Assembly (NCBI GenBank): GCA_965267575.1
Contig: OZ254086.1
Span: forward strand, 3,488,001 to 3,552,000
Direction: 5' to 3'
DNA: 64,000 nt
From: Calditrichales bacterium
GTDB taxonomy: Bacteria > Calditrichota > Calditrichia > Calditrichales > J004
This document shows, piece after piece, positions 49,144-58,272 of this stretch (within the stretch, counting starts at the first letter, position 1; every line of letters starts with the position of its first letter). Under the pieces are notes generated by a model. That model ran no database searches. It was not told the DNA's origin and saw only the letters and a list, made by a program, of their open reading frames with translations. The position numbers and the translations under genes were made by a program.

Positions 49144-49572
49144 TTGGTGCTACCATAATATTGTACATGCTAACCCTATCATAGATAGCGTCTTTTCCCA
49201 AAAGAAAGTACGAAGTGTATTTTTTGTTAATATCGCGTCAAGTGTGGTGGGATGCTGGCTCGGTTTACGCGATAAAATTTTGTGCTCTAACAAATATAAA
49301 ACAAACTATTATAAATTGTGTGATTTTTTTGGCTGGATTTATTCTGAATAATTAAAAGAAACAAGTCGGGAATCTCCCCAGGCCGTACTTTCTTACTGAT
49401 GTTTAATTACTGTAAGGAGTATAAATTCAAAACGGCCTTCGTGTTTTATTGACTACTTTGGCCGGTCTTATTTTGCGCCAAAGTTCAATTTTTTACTTGA
49501 TATGGCAGTTCATAACTTCTGTGATTTAATGTTTTAATTTAATCAATGACAGATACGATTTTTGAAGCTTTT

Positions 49573-50538
49573 TTAATCAGATGAAGGATTCATAACATCG
49601 CTAAGTGATACCAGCTTAATTTCCGGATTTGCTTCTAAAGCATGTTTAATAATTGGTATATGACCTGATCCAAAAACAACTAAAACCCTATCATTATTAC
49701 TTCTAATAGCCTTCCGGATATTAGATACAATACGTAAGTTTCTGTTATACCACCAGCCGGAAATATTGTCCGCTGTTGGATACTCTCTGCCATTATTTAC
49801 CCCTATGTTGCCATATTTTTCGTTTATAAAATAGTCACCATGTTTAATATTTAAGATATGGTCACTATTTATCAGCATTAAGTAATCAGCAATGGTCATG
49901 GTTGTTTTAAGTGAATCCATGTAAGAGTAAAAATTAATGTAGCTAGCTGTATAATCATTTTTAAGGCTTTCGGTTAATTCCTCTTCTCGCATAATTTCGT
50001 CTCTTCTTTTTTTAAATTCTGTAAAATCGGAAATGATATAATCATATTCTTTGCCTCTAACATCTCCTGAGATTAAGCCAGAAAGCCCTAATCTTTTTCC
50101 TAATTTGAAGCCAATTTGAAATACTTCCTTAGATTTTAGTTCAAACCGATCATTTAAATATTCATGGTAAAGAGAGTCAAGCAGCTGTTGTTCGTTTTGC
50201 TTTACCTCTACAACAATTTTAGTGGGTTCGTATTTCTCCAAGGCTCGAATTAAATATTCCAACTCATCCTGTCTTTTTTGAGACATTATATTTACTGAAT
50301 ATTTGGGTTTATATAGATCAGCCCCTGCATCTTGAAAGTGAAAAACTCCAAGTAATAATACTTGAGGTTTAGGAGTGTCAGAACCGAAGAAATCAGGTAT
50401 TTCGATATTAACCCGGTCTTTTGATGGCTTGTCAATTGAGATGCTGTTACAATTTAACAAGCTTAAAACAACCGCAATTGATATTACGACTTTCAGGAAA
50501 CTTATATCGAATAGCGATTTGCGAATTTTGGAAGCCAT
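49573..50538 (-). CDS. DUF5694-like putative lipoprotein (TraB/GumN-like fold)
   Basis: 'VLLLGVFHF', 'PTKIVVE', 'QIGFKL', 'WYNRNLRI', 'FGSGH'; RBS ggag; AT-rich. Confidence 0.7.
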   Translation of the reverse strand: MASKIRKSLFDISFLKVVISIAVVLSLLNCNSISIDKPSKDRVNIEIPDFFGSDTPKPQVLLLGVFHFQDAGADLYKPKYSVNIMSQKRQDELEYLIRALEKYEPTKIVVEVKQNEQQLLDSLYHEYLNDRFELKSKEVFQIGFKLGKRLGLSGLISGDVRGKEYDYIISDFTEFKKRRDEIMREEELTESLKNDYTASYINFYSYMDSLKTTMTIADYLMLINSDHILNIKHGDYFINEKYGNIGVNNGREYPTADNISGWWYNRNLRIVSNIRKAIRSNNDRVLVVFGSGHIPIIKHALEANPEIKLVSLSDVMNPSSD

Positions 50539-50718
50539 AATTGTATCTCCGCTTATTTCTGCTTTCGCCATTTTTGATTTCGTATCTTTCAGGTTTACGG
50601 CGCCATGCGCTCCGTGATAACAGGGGCCGTTGCCGTGGGTCATCCGGGGCCAGTTAATATCAGAAGATATTCAAACAACCACGACAAACATTGACATCAA
50701 CTTGCGAGACTAGCGCTC

Positions 50719-53007
50719 CTATCGGATAAGCACAAGTTTCTTTATAGCCCGAAAATTTCCGGCGCGCAGTTCGTAAAAATAGACACCGGATGGAAAACCC
50801 GAAGCATCCCAGCGCAGTTTGTGGTCGCCGCCGTTCAATTTCTTTGAGAGAAGCGTGGCCACTTTTTTCCCGCTTACGTCATACACAATCAACGAAACTC
50901 TTTCGCGTTGCGGCAGGGCAAAGCTGATCTCCGTTGAGGGATTGAACGGGTTGGGGTAATTCTGGCGCAATTCAAAACGGCGTAGCTGTCCGTCCGTGTC
51001 GCCAAGCGAAGAAATATCATCCACTACTTCGACGCGCCACTGCATAGTGCTGGTATTAAAGCCATTGCTGACCTCCACGCGGACCGTATCAAAACGCGGT
51101 GTAGGCGCGGGCAGGGCGCGGTAGGCGTAGCCGGCGTTAGTCGACTTGCTGTCGCCGTTCAGCGTCCACAGGTAGCTCAGCGCATAACCGGTTGTATCCT
51201 GTGCATCCACACTAAAATCAATCGTTTGCCTTTTCAGGATTGTCGTATCGGTTTGTGCCGGTTCAAAGCCGTTAATCAGCGGGACACCGGGCACGCGCAG
51301 CACTTCTATATAGTTATCAAAAACAACGCTCTTTTCGATTGCGCCATTGGATACGGTCAGCTTGATGCTGTAAATGCCGGGCGTATCATATCTCCATGCG
51401 GGATTTTCGATATCACTTTCAGACGTCCCGTCATTATCAAAATCCCAGAAGCGGGAAATAATAGGCTCTGTGTCCGAGGTGACGCTCAAATTGTTAAATT
51501 GGAAAGGATCACCCACAAAGCCAGCCCGGCGCCCGGCTTTTAAGTGGGGACGCAAAAAGCCTTCAGGAACATTCTCTTTAACCTTTAAGACCTTGTTGGT
51601 GCTAACATGTGTGAAAACTTCACTTTCTCCCGACGGCCATTGTACAACAAGTGAATCTACCAATTGGGCATCACCCAGCCCGAAGTGGCTTTCCAGATTT
51701 TGCCCGCAATAGCCTTCCTGCGAAGAGACCTGGCGCATCTGCCAGACGTTTTTACCGTTTATGGCCGCTTTGGCACGCACAACCGCGCCGATAGCTGAGC
51801 GGTTGGAAACAGTGCCTTCCAGCTTTACGGTCAGCCATGCGTTGCCATTGCCGTTGTTTAGCCACAGGGCGTTGCTTTCATTGGCATTGAAGCATTTGGC
51901 AATGGCCAGATCCAACGCGCCGTCACGATTAAAATCGCCAAAGCTGGCGCCATACGACCAGCCGCTTTCGCTGGAAACATTCGACGTATCTTTCTCAAAC
52001 TTACTGTCACCTTTATTGAGGTAGAGAAAATTTGTTGTAGCCGCGGGGCTGAAAGCGTTGGCCACAAACAGGTCCAGGTCGCCGTCGTTGTCCACATCGG
52101 CCCAGGCGCTGCCGACAGAATAGCCACCGTCGTTCACGATGATGCCATCCGTCACCGTTTCAAAGGTACCGTCGCCGTTGTTGCGGTAGAGAAAATTGTT
52201 CTGATTGTCCCAGTTGGCCACAAACAGGTCCAGGTCACCGTCATTGTCGTAATCACCCCAGCTGCTGCCAAAAGAGGAAGAGGCCGTATTGACGATATCG
52301 CCATCCGTAACAGCCGCATATGTGCCATCGCCGTTGTTGTGATAGAGAAAATTGTTCTCGTTGTTTTCGTTGGGTACAAACAGGTCCAGGTGTCCGTCGC
52401 CGTCGTAGTCTGCAAAATTCATATGCCGGGATGATCCGCCATCCTCTGAAACGGGAATGCCGGAAATGCGGCTGAATTTTTCCATTCTACTGTTTTTGTA
52501 GACGAAATTGCCCAGGTTGCCGGAGCTGTTAGCCACAAACAGGTCGGCAAAAGCGTCGCTGTCCGTATCCGCCCAACTGGCGCTTTCGGAGTAACCGCGG
52601 TCTTTACTTGAAGTGTCGCTCAAAAGCGTGAAGGTGCCGTTACCGTTGCTGATATAAAGCAGATTGTCGATGTTGTACCAGTTGGCCACAAACAGGTCGG
52701 GATGCCCGTCATTGTTAAAATCGCTCCAGGAACTGCCATCGCTGGGTGTGCCGTCCTGTGTAATGGCGAGGCTATCCACTTTTGAAAATGAGCCGTTGCC
52801 GTTGTTGGTGTAGAAAAAATTGTTTTGTCCGCCGGATGGACCATTGGTGATAAACAGGTCCAGGTCGCCGTCATTGTCATAATCAATCCAGTTAACTGCC
52901 CGCGAATCGCCGCCATCGGAAACGACAGGGCTGTTTTGCACCCGGCTGAATTGTTGTGCCGGCACAAAGAGTGGCAGCAGAAGTAGCAAGATAAGCAATC
53001 GTAACAT
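50719..53007 (-). CDS. FG-GAP repeat / ASPIC-UnbV (CRTAC1-like) protein with PKD and sorting domain
   Basis: Repeated 'W.DYDNDGDLDLFV.N', 'NRSAIGA.V', 'HFGLG', 'WDFDNDG', NYPNPFNP. Confidence 0.88.
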   Translation of the reverse strand: MLRLLILLLLLPLFVPAQQFSRVQNSPVVSDGGDSRAVNWIDYDNDGDLDLFITNGPSGGQNNFFYTNNGNGSFSKVDSLAITQDGTPSDGSSWSDFNNDGHPDLFVANWYNIDNLLYISNGNGTFTLLSDTSSKDRGYSESASWADTDSDAFADLFVANSSGNLGNFVYKNSRMEKFSRISGIPVSEDGGSSRHMNFADYDGDGHLDLFVPNENNENNFLYHNNGDGTYAAVTDGDIVNTASSSFGSSWGDYDNDGDLDLFVANWDNQNNFLYRNNGDGTFETVTDGIIVNDGGYSVGSAWADVDNDGDLDLFVANAFSPAATTNFLYLNKGDSKFEKDTSNVSSESGWSYGASFGDFNRDGALDLAIAKCFNANESNALWLNNGNGNAWLTVKLEGTVSNRSAIGAVVRAKAAINGKNVWQMRQVSSQEGYCGQNLESHFGLGDAQLVDSLVVQWPSGESEVFTHVSTNKVLKVKENVPEGFLRPHLKAGRRAGFVGDPFQFNNLSVTSDTEPIISRFWDFDNDGTSESDIENPAWRYDTPGIYSIKLTVSNGAIEKSVVFDNYIEVLRVPGVPLINGFEPAQTDTTILKRQTIDFSVDAQDTTGYALSYLWTLNGDSKSTNAGYAYRALPAPTPRFDTVRVEVSNGFNTSTMQWRVEVVDDISSLGDTDGQLRRFELRQNYPNPFNPSTEISFALPQRERVSLIVYDVSGKKVATLLSKKLNGGDHKLRWDASGFPSGVYFYELRAGNFRAIKKLVLIR

Positions 53008-53066
53008 GATGGTTCTCCGTTTGTAAATTCTGCCGGCAAATAACGCACACTAGCATATATTTCAAA

Positions 53067-53106
53067 CGAGTTTGCGGCAAAGCGGTCCGGGTATGCGGTA
53101 AAGTGG
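53067..53106 (-). promoter_or_regulatory. Putative LytTR binding direct repeat
   Basis: Two 19-mers (15/19 identical) with 21-bp period upstream of the FG-GAP gene. Confidence 0.65.
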
Positions 53107-53119
53107 ATGGGGGAAAAGA

Positions 53120-53875
53120 TTACTGCAGCGCGTTTAGCACGTTTTCGCGATAGGTGCGGCTGAGGGTGTGGCGGCTGCCGTCGCTAAGCAGCAGCTCATA
53201 GTCGCCTTTGGCAATGGGCTCCAATTGTCGAATCAGGCTAAGGCGTATGATGGCCGAACGGTTGACGCGGGCGAACACGGCCGGGTCCAATTGCTGCTCC
53301 AGCCGGTTCATTGTGTCGCGGATAAGATGGGCGTCGTTTTGGGTATGCAGACGCACGTAATCGCCGTCGGCTTCAAATAAGCGGACATTTTCCAGCGGCA
53401 CCACCAGGAGCTTGTTATTTTCGCGCACGATGAATCGTTGGAGCGTCCGCGGCTTCTTCTGAATGTCTTCCAGCATGGATTGCATTTTTTCAAAGTGTGA
53501 AGCGTTGTCCCTGGCCTGCAGCAGCATGCGTACCCGCTCCACGGCTTTGGCAAAATCTTTTTTCTCTATGGGTTTTAGCAGGTAATCCACGGCATGGGCG
53601 CGGAAGGCTTTAAGCGCGTATTCATCATAGGCGGTAACAAATACAACAAGTGGCCGGCGATCGCTTTTTAGCTGTGTCAGTACTTCAAAACCATCCAGCT
53701 CGGGCATCTGGATATCCAGAAAAACCACGTCCGGTTGCAGGGCCTCCATCTGTTGCACGGCGCGGATACCATCTTCGCATTGAGCAATGATTTCAAAGTC
53801 TGGGTATGTTTCCAGCATGCGCTGCACGCCTTTACGCGCCAGCGGTTCGTCATCCACGATGATTACGCGTATCAT
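53120..53875 (-). CDS. LytTR-family response regulator
   Basis: VDDEPLAR, FLDIQMP, FVTAYDEYA, DYLLKP, 'FARVNRS', 'LSRTY'. Confidence 0.93.
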   Translation of the reverse strand: MIRVIIVDDEPLARKGVQRMLETYPDFEIIAQCEDGIRAVQQMEALQPDVVFLDIQMPELDGFEVLTQLKSDRRPLVVFVTAYDEYALKAFRAHAVDYLLKPIEKKDFAKAVERVRMLLQARDNASHFEKMQSMLEDIQKKPRTLQRFIVRENNKLLVVPLENVRLFEADGDYVRLHTQNDAHLIRDTMNRLEQQLDPAVFARVNRSAIIRLSLIRQLEPIAKGDYELLLSDGSRHTLSRTYRENVLNALQ

Positions 53876-54945
53876 GTCCGTGCCTCCTGTGGCAGGGGAA
53901 TGCTCAGCATAGCCAACGTGCCCCCTTCGGCGGCTTTTTCAATATGCATGGTATATTCGTTTTCATACAAAGATCGCAGCCTGTCCCGGGTGATTTTAAG
54001 ACCCAGCCCGTGCTGATCACGTTCACCGGGATTAAATCCCTTACCGTTGTCATATACCTGCAAAGCAAGGCGGCCGTTGTCGTGTGTTGCCGAAATACGA
54101 ATGAGTGCCGCGCCGCTTTTGGGGGCGATACCGTGGCGTACGGCGTTTTCCACCAGTGGCTGCAAAATGAGCGCCGGGACGGGCAGTTTGCCTAATCCGT
54201 TTCCGAGGTCATATTCGATTTTAAGTCGTTCACCGAAGCGCACCTGCTCAATGGCCAGGTATTGCTTGGTAAAGGCGATTTCCTCATCCAGCGTGGAAAA
54301 CTGATCATCTATGTTTTGCAGCACATGGCGCAGCAGGCTGCTCAGGCGGTTCAATGTCTCGGTGGCCTGGTCGGGGTTTTCTTTTATCAATACAGCGATC
54401 GAATTAAGGGTGTTGAACAGGAAATGTGGTTGCAGCTTCATTTTAAGGGCGTTGAGCTGTGATTGTATCAATGCCGATTGCAGCTCGGCGTTGCGCTGCA
54501 CCTGCTCCTGAAGGTGGCGGTAATAATCCAGCGTGTACACTACAAGCAAAATAACAAACCAGACCAGCATGCCGTAATCGAAGCTGGCCACGGCATTAAG
54601 GTAAACCCGTTCAAAACTAAAGCCGCTTTCGCCAGGCCTGATCCACACGCGATAGCTGTTGTAAACGAGCGCATGAAGCAATGATACAATCACCCCCAGT
54701 ACGAAATGAATAAGCGCAAAACGCCACCAGATGCTTTTGGAAAAAGGCAGCCGTCGCGCCAGAAGCAGGGCCAGCGGGGCCAAAGCCGCCCAAAACAGAA
54801 AATAAGGCATATCTATAAGCAGGATATCCCAAGCCTGTACTTCCTGCCCAATCTGCGTGCGGTAGAAAAAGGACTGGGCGGAATAGAGCAAACCGATAAT
54901 CAGACCTGGCACGAGGAAATAAAGGATGTTTCGGATTCTAGACAT
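53872..54945 (-). CDS. LytS/YehU-type sensor histidine kinase
   Basis: TM helices, 'LQPHFLFNTLNSI', 'LQPLVENAVRHG', DNGKG, GLGL. Confidence 0.93.
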   Translation of the reverse strand: MSRIRNILYFLVPGLIIGLLYSAQSFFYRTQIGQEVQAWDILLIDMPYFLFWAALAPLALLLARRLPFSKSIWWRFALIHFVLGVIVSLLHALVYNSYRVWIRPGESGFSFERVYLNAVASFDYGMLVWFVILLVVYTLDYYRHLQEQVQRNAELQSALIQSQLNALKMKLQPHFLFNTLNSIAVLIKENPDQATETLNRLSSLLRHVLQNIDDQFSTLDEEIAFTKQYLAIEQVRFGERLKIEYDLGNGLGKLPVPALILQPLVENAVRHGIAPKSGAALIRISATHDNGRLALQVYDNGKGFNPGERDQHGLGLKITRDRLRSLYENEYTMHIEKAAEGGTLAMLSIPLPQEART

Positions 54946-55058
54946 GGCCGTGCTCGTTTAATTCGTCTGCAAAATAGCGAATAATGATTTTTAATGGCAA
55001 CACAGAATTATCCGGAATCTGCAAGGAACTTGTGGCAGCACTAAGCGAGTCAAATTGC

Positions 55059-55847
55059 TCAGGCGCCCAGACCGGATAAAGCATATCCAATGGCATATGC
55101 CGCCACGGCAGCAACACCTCCAACCAAAAGCATTTCCAACCCCGATATTAGCCAGTTCTTTTCGGTAATGCGGACTTTTAACGCTCCAAGCGCAAATAGT
55201 GCACCCGCTGTTAGCAGGCTGGCAAACAAAAATGTATGGGCCGAAAGGGCCGGGGCGAAATAAGCGATGACGAAAATCAGCAAAGGCAAAAAGCCAAAAA
55301 CGGTAAATGAAGCAAAAGTTACCAGCGCGTTTTTCAACGGGGATTCGTCGGATTCTATTATCCCCAGTTCTTCCACCATCATGATGTCTACCCAGGCTTT
55401 TTTGTGACGTGATATGATATCTACGATAGTGTGCGCGTCTTCATCTGTAATCCCTTTTTCCGTATAAAGCTCAATCATTTCCTGCTTTTCACCATCGGGA
55501 TAGTTTTCTACCTCCCACACTTCACGTTGCCGTTCGGCGTCGTTGTATTCGTTCTCAGCACGGGTGCTAAGGTAGTCGCCAATGGCCATGGAAAGACCAT
55601 CTGCTATCAGGTTTGCAAAACCAAGGATCAAAACCACACCCGCGGCAAGCTTGGCCCCGGCCACACCGGCCACAACGGCAAAAGTTGTTATGATTCCATC
55701 CAGCCCCCCGTAAATCATACTTTTTATAAACTGGCCCTGTCCCTCCTTGTGCGGTTCAACGCCCGCTTCATTGTGGGCTTCGCGCATTTTTTTCAGGTCA
55801 CCGGTTTTGTAGGCTTCACGTGCTTTGTCGATATTACGTGTTAGCAT
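55059..55847 (-). CDS. VIT1/CCC1 family Fe/Mn transporter
   Basis: 'GGLDGIITTFAVV', 'ANLIADGLSMAIGDYLS', 'E..RE..E'. Confidence 0.9.
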   Translation of the reverse strand: MLTRNIDKAREAYKTGDLKKMREAHNEAGVEPHKEGQGQFIKSMIYGGLDGIITTFAVVAGVAGAKLAAGVVLILGFANLIADGLSMAIGDYLSTRAENEYNDAERQREVWEVENYPDGEKQEMIELYTEKGITDEDAHTIVDIISRHKKAWVDIMMVEELGIIESDESPLKNALVTFASFTVFGFLPLLIFVIAYFAPALSAHTFLFASLLTAGALFALGALKVRITEKNWLISGLEMLLVGGVAAVAAYAIGYALSGLGA

Positions 55848-56229
55848 TATTCCTCCTCGTTTTGCGGGGAGATGCATATTTGAATAACAAAAATGAAATG
55901 ACCAGCCAGAGCACTACCCGGAACGTCATAGCAGTAATACTTTGTGCGGCAATGATCTCTTGAAAAAACATAAGCAATAGCATCAATACAATAATATGGC
56001 TTGCCGTGATGGCAACGCTTGTTAACAAACCGGCACGATGTATTTTCCAGATTAATACTCCCGCGACGATGGCTGCTGCACCAAGGGCAAGGTTATAAAT
56101 GATCAATGCTGGAAAGGTCGCATAACCGGGATCAAAGGTGCCGGTCAAAGCTCTCGTGCCCGCAAATATCGTCAGCAGCCCGGATAGCGCAGCGACGGTT
56201 GCTAAGGTTTTTATCGCTGGTTTTGACAT
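55834..56229 (-). CDS. Small four-TM hypothetical protein
   Basis: Four hydrophobic segments, operonic position. Confidence 0.7.
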   Translation of the reverse strand: MSKPAIKTLATVAALSGLLTIFAGTRALTGTFDPGYATFPALIIYNLALGAAAIVAGVLIWKIHRAGLLTSVAITASHIIVLMLLLMFFQEIIAAQSITAMTFRVVLWLVISFLLFKYASPRKTRRNNANT

Positions 56230-56242
56230 TTTTGGTTTTCCT

Positions 56243-57493
56243 CTAAAAGCTGTATTTCAATTTAACATAAAGCATGTCATTGTTATCATATTGCCCGAAA
56301 CGGCCCTCGCTGCCGCTAAAGATATTGGCACCAAACAGCAGCTCTACGCCATCCGTCAGGTCGTAATAAACATGTGGCCGGATCAGTGCGTCGCCACTGT
56401 TAAAACCAATGTAGGAGAAGAGGTCTACCGTAAGCGTTTCCCTTAAAAAATCCTGCCGCAAAAGGACAGTCATCGTGTTTTCAAATTCGTCGCGTGTAAG
56501 GGCCGGATCATAATCAAGGACGGCCTGCTGAATAAACTGCCCGCTGACTGTCATATCCCACAATGTGGCATCCGCGCCAATCAGGTAGTGGATGTAGTCC
56601 TCTTTTACAATGGCGTCGTCATCAAGCGGTTTGGTTGTGCCAAAACGTTTTCCGTTGTAATAAGCGGCCTCGCCGCGCAAAATGACGCCCGAAATGCTTG
56701 TGCTGAAACTGCCACCGGCAATCGATAGCCTATGATGCCGCGGACGCACGGTTAAGCCTCTAAGTTGTTGCGTTTCAGGGTCAATAGTTTTGGAAATGTG
56801 CATTGCCGGATCATCATCCCAGGCATAGCCGGCCATCAGTTCAAAATCGATGGCAGAGGTGATAGCGGCATATTTGGCAAACAGCTCGCTGTTTCCCAGC
56901 GTCGGCTTTATCTCTCTCCGTGAATCATCAAACGTCGGCGTAACCGGGAACTCCATTGCAGGAAACCAGATTGAGCTTGGCGCCGGGAGCCGCGTTGGCT
57001 CAAAGACGGGCAGCCAGACCAGCTCCAGCGTATGGTTGCCGATATAGTAATCTGCTTTGACGGCATTCACTCCGATGCGGATCTCTTCAAAATCCGGCAG
57101 CAGAAATTCGCTTAGATCTTTTGGCGAGATTATATCGGTGATAAAGACGCCGTCTGCCTTGCCCCATATTATTTGTTGTTTGCCAATCCGCAGATCGATA
57201 TTGTCAAAATATATATCCGCATAGGCCTCGCGCAGATCAATGTTCAGCGGACGGTCCGGGTAATGATACATAACGGGATTGGCCAGAAAAGTGAAGTCGC
57301 CGCGGCCGTGCTCAAGGTTAATGTCCACTGTGTTTTGAAGGATCGAATACTCGTTTTTGCCTTGTGTTAAGACACCGTTGTAATAGCGCACAAAGCCGGT
57401 TATGGACGGTGTTTGCCCCATAGCAAAGGATATTATCAGCAGCTGTATCATCAAAAAGATTTGACGGTTGAAGAGCTGTGAAATGTGTTTCAT
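56243..57493 (-). CDS. Outer-membrane beta-barrel (DUF1302-like)
   Basis: Signal peptide, 'LREAYAD...LRIGKQQIIWG', terminal 'KLKYSF'. Confidence 0.75.
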   Translation of the reverse strand: MKHISQLFNRQIFLMIQLLIISFAMGQTPSITGFVRYYNGVLTQGKNEYSILQNTVDINLEHGRGDFTFLANPVMYHYPDRPLNIDLREAYADIYFDNIDLRIGKQQIIWGKADGVFITDIISPKDLSEFLLPDFEEIRIGVNAVKADYYIGNHTLELVWLPVFEPTRLPAPSSIWFPAMEFPVTPTFDDSRREIKPTLGNSELFAKYAAITSAIDFELMAGYAWDDDPAMHISKTIDPETQQLRGLTVRPRHHRLSIAGGSFSTSISGVILRGEAAYYNGKRFGTTKPLDDDAIVKEDYIHYLIGADATLWDMTVSGQFIQQAVLDYDPALTRDEFENTMTVLLRQDFLRETLTVDLFSYIGFNSGDALIRPHVYYDLTDGVELLFGANIFSGSEGRFGQYDNNDMLYVKLKYSF

Positions 57494-58272
57494 TATAAAC
57501 CTCTTTTCATCATCCTTTCACTAAACGTATTGTCATCCAAACCTTTGTCCAGCTTAACGTTTTTAATGTGCATATCTGTGGTATGATCTTTTTGGATGTT
57601 ATGCATTGTGCTGTGAAGGACGATCCAGTAGCCGGAGATATTTTCGTATGCTTTTACACTTAAAGTCTTCAGGAGCTCGCCGTCTTCATCATAGAACTTT
57701 TTTTTCAGGCCTATCCATTTATCTTTAATAACCCAGCTTACCGTTCGTGAATACATGTAGTCTTTTTGTTTAGGGATGCTTTCCACAACATAGCATTGTT
57801 CACCGTCCAGCGTTTCTTCGCGCAAAATTTTATGATTGTCTTCCTGCGGGTGGCGGTCTCCAAGGTCGTCATATGTAAAATCGGAGCCCATAAAATAATC
57901 GCCTTTGCTGTCGCTGGATATGCGCTTTACTTTGCGCAGGGCAGGCAGGTAAATCCACTGATCGTCGTCGCGTCCGGCTTCATCATAGCTCCAATTCATA
58001 AAGGACGTGTTACGCACGTCAGCAGGCGCCATAAAGAACATGATCTTTTTTTCAGAGCCGTCATAATCCTTGATGAATTGTTTAAGCTCACGAACGCGCT
58101 CATCCCTGCGGCTGTTAATTAACGTCATTGTCAGCAGCCCTTGCTGGTCTTTCCCGGTGGGCCGGTTATATACGTTTTCCATCACCTTGAGTCCGTTCGG
58201 GGTTGGCTGGGCCAAAGCAAAAACCGGCAATGCAAACACGAGTGCTAAGAAAACAGAACTATACTTTTTCAT
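57493..58272 (-). CDS. LolA-like outer membrane lipoprotein-sorting protein
   Basis: 'PADVRNT', 'QWIYLPALRKVKRI', 'FMGSDFTYDD'. Confidence 0.85.
   Translation of the reverse strand: MKKYSSVFLALVFALPVFALAQPTPNGLKVMENVYNRPTGKDQQGLLTMTLINSRRDERVRELKQFIKDYDGSEKKIMFFMAPADVRNTSFMNWSYDEAGRDDDQWIYLPALRKVKRISSDSKGDYFMGSDFTYDDLGDRHPQEDNHKILREETLDGEQCYVVESIPKQKDYMYSRTVSWVIKDKWIGLKKKFYDEDGELLKTLSVKAYENISGYWIVLHSTMHNIQKDHTTDMHIKNVKLDKGLDDNTFSERMMKRGL

Noticed and set aside
49231..49274. 8-bp inverted repeat TATCGCGT/ACGCGATA upstream of the kinase gene
   Set aside because: Single short repeat with a 28-nt spacer; could be chance
50597..50659. GC-rich patch with TAAC...GTTA ends upstream of the DUF5694-like gene (attC-like)
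   Set aside because: The interior does not form a convincing attC stem and no matching site was found at the other end of the gene
51900..52890. Recurrent ACAAACAGGTCCAGG-type motifs resembling a CRISPR array
   Set aside because: They encode FG-GAP repeats (DLDLFV) within a CDS, with long spacing and no cas genes
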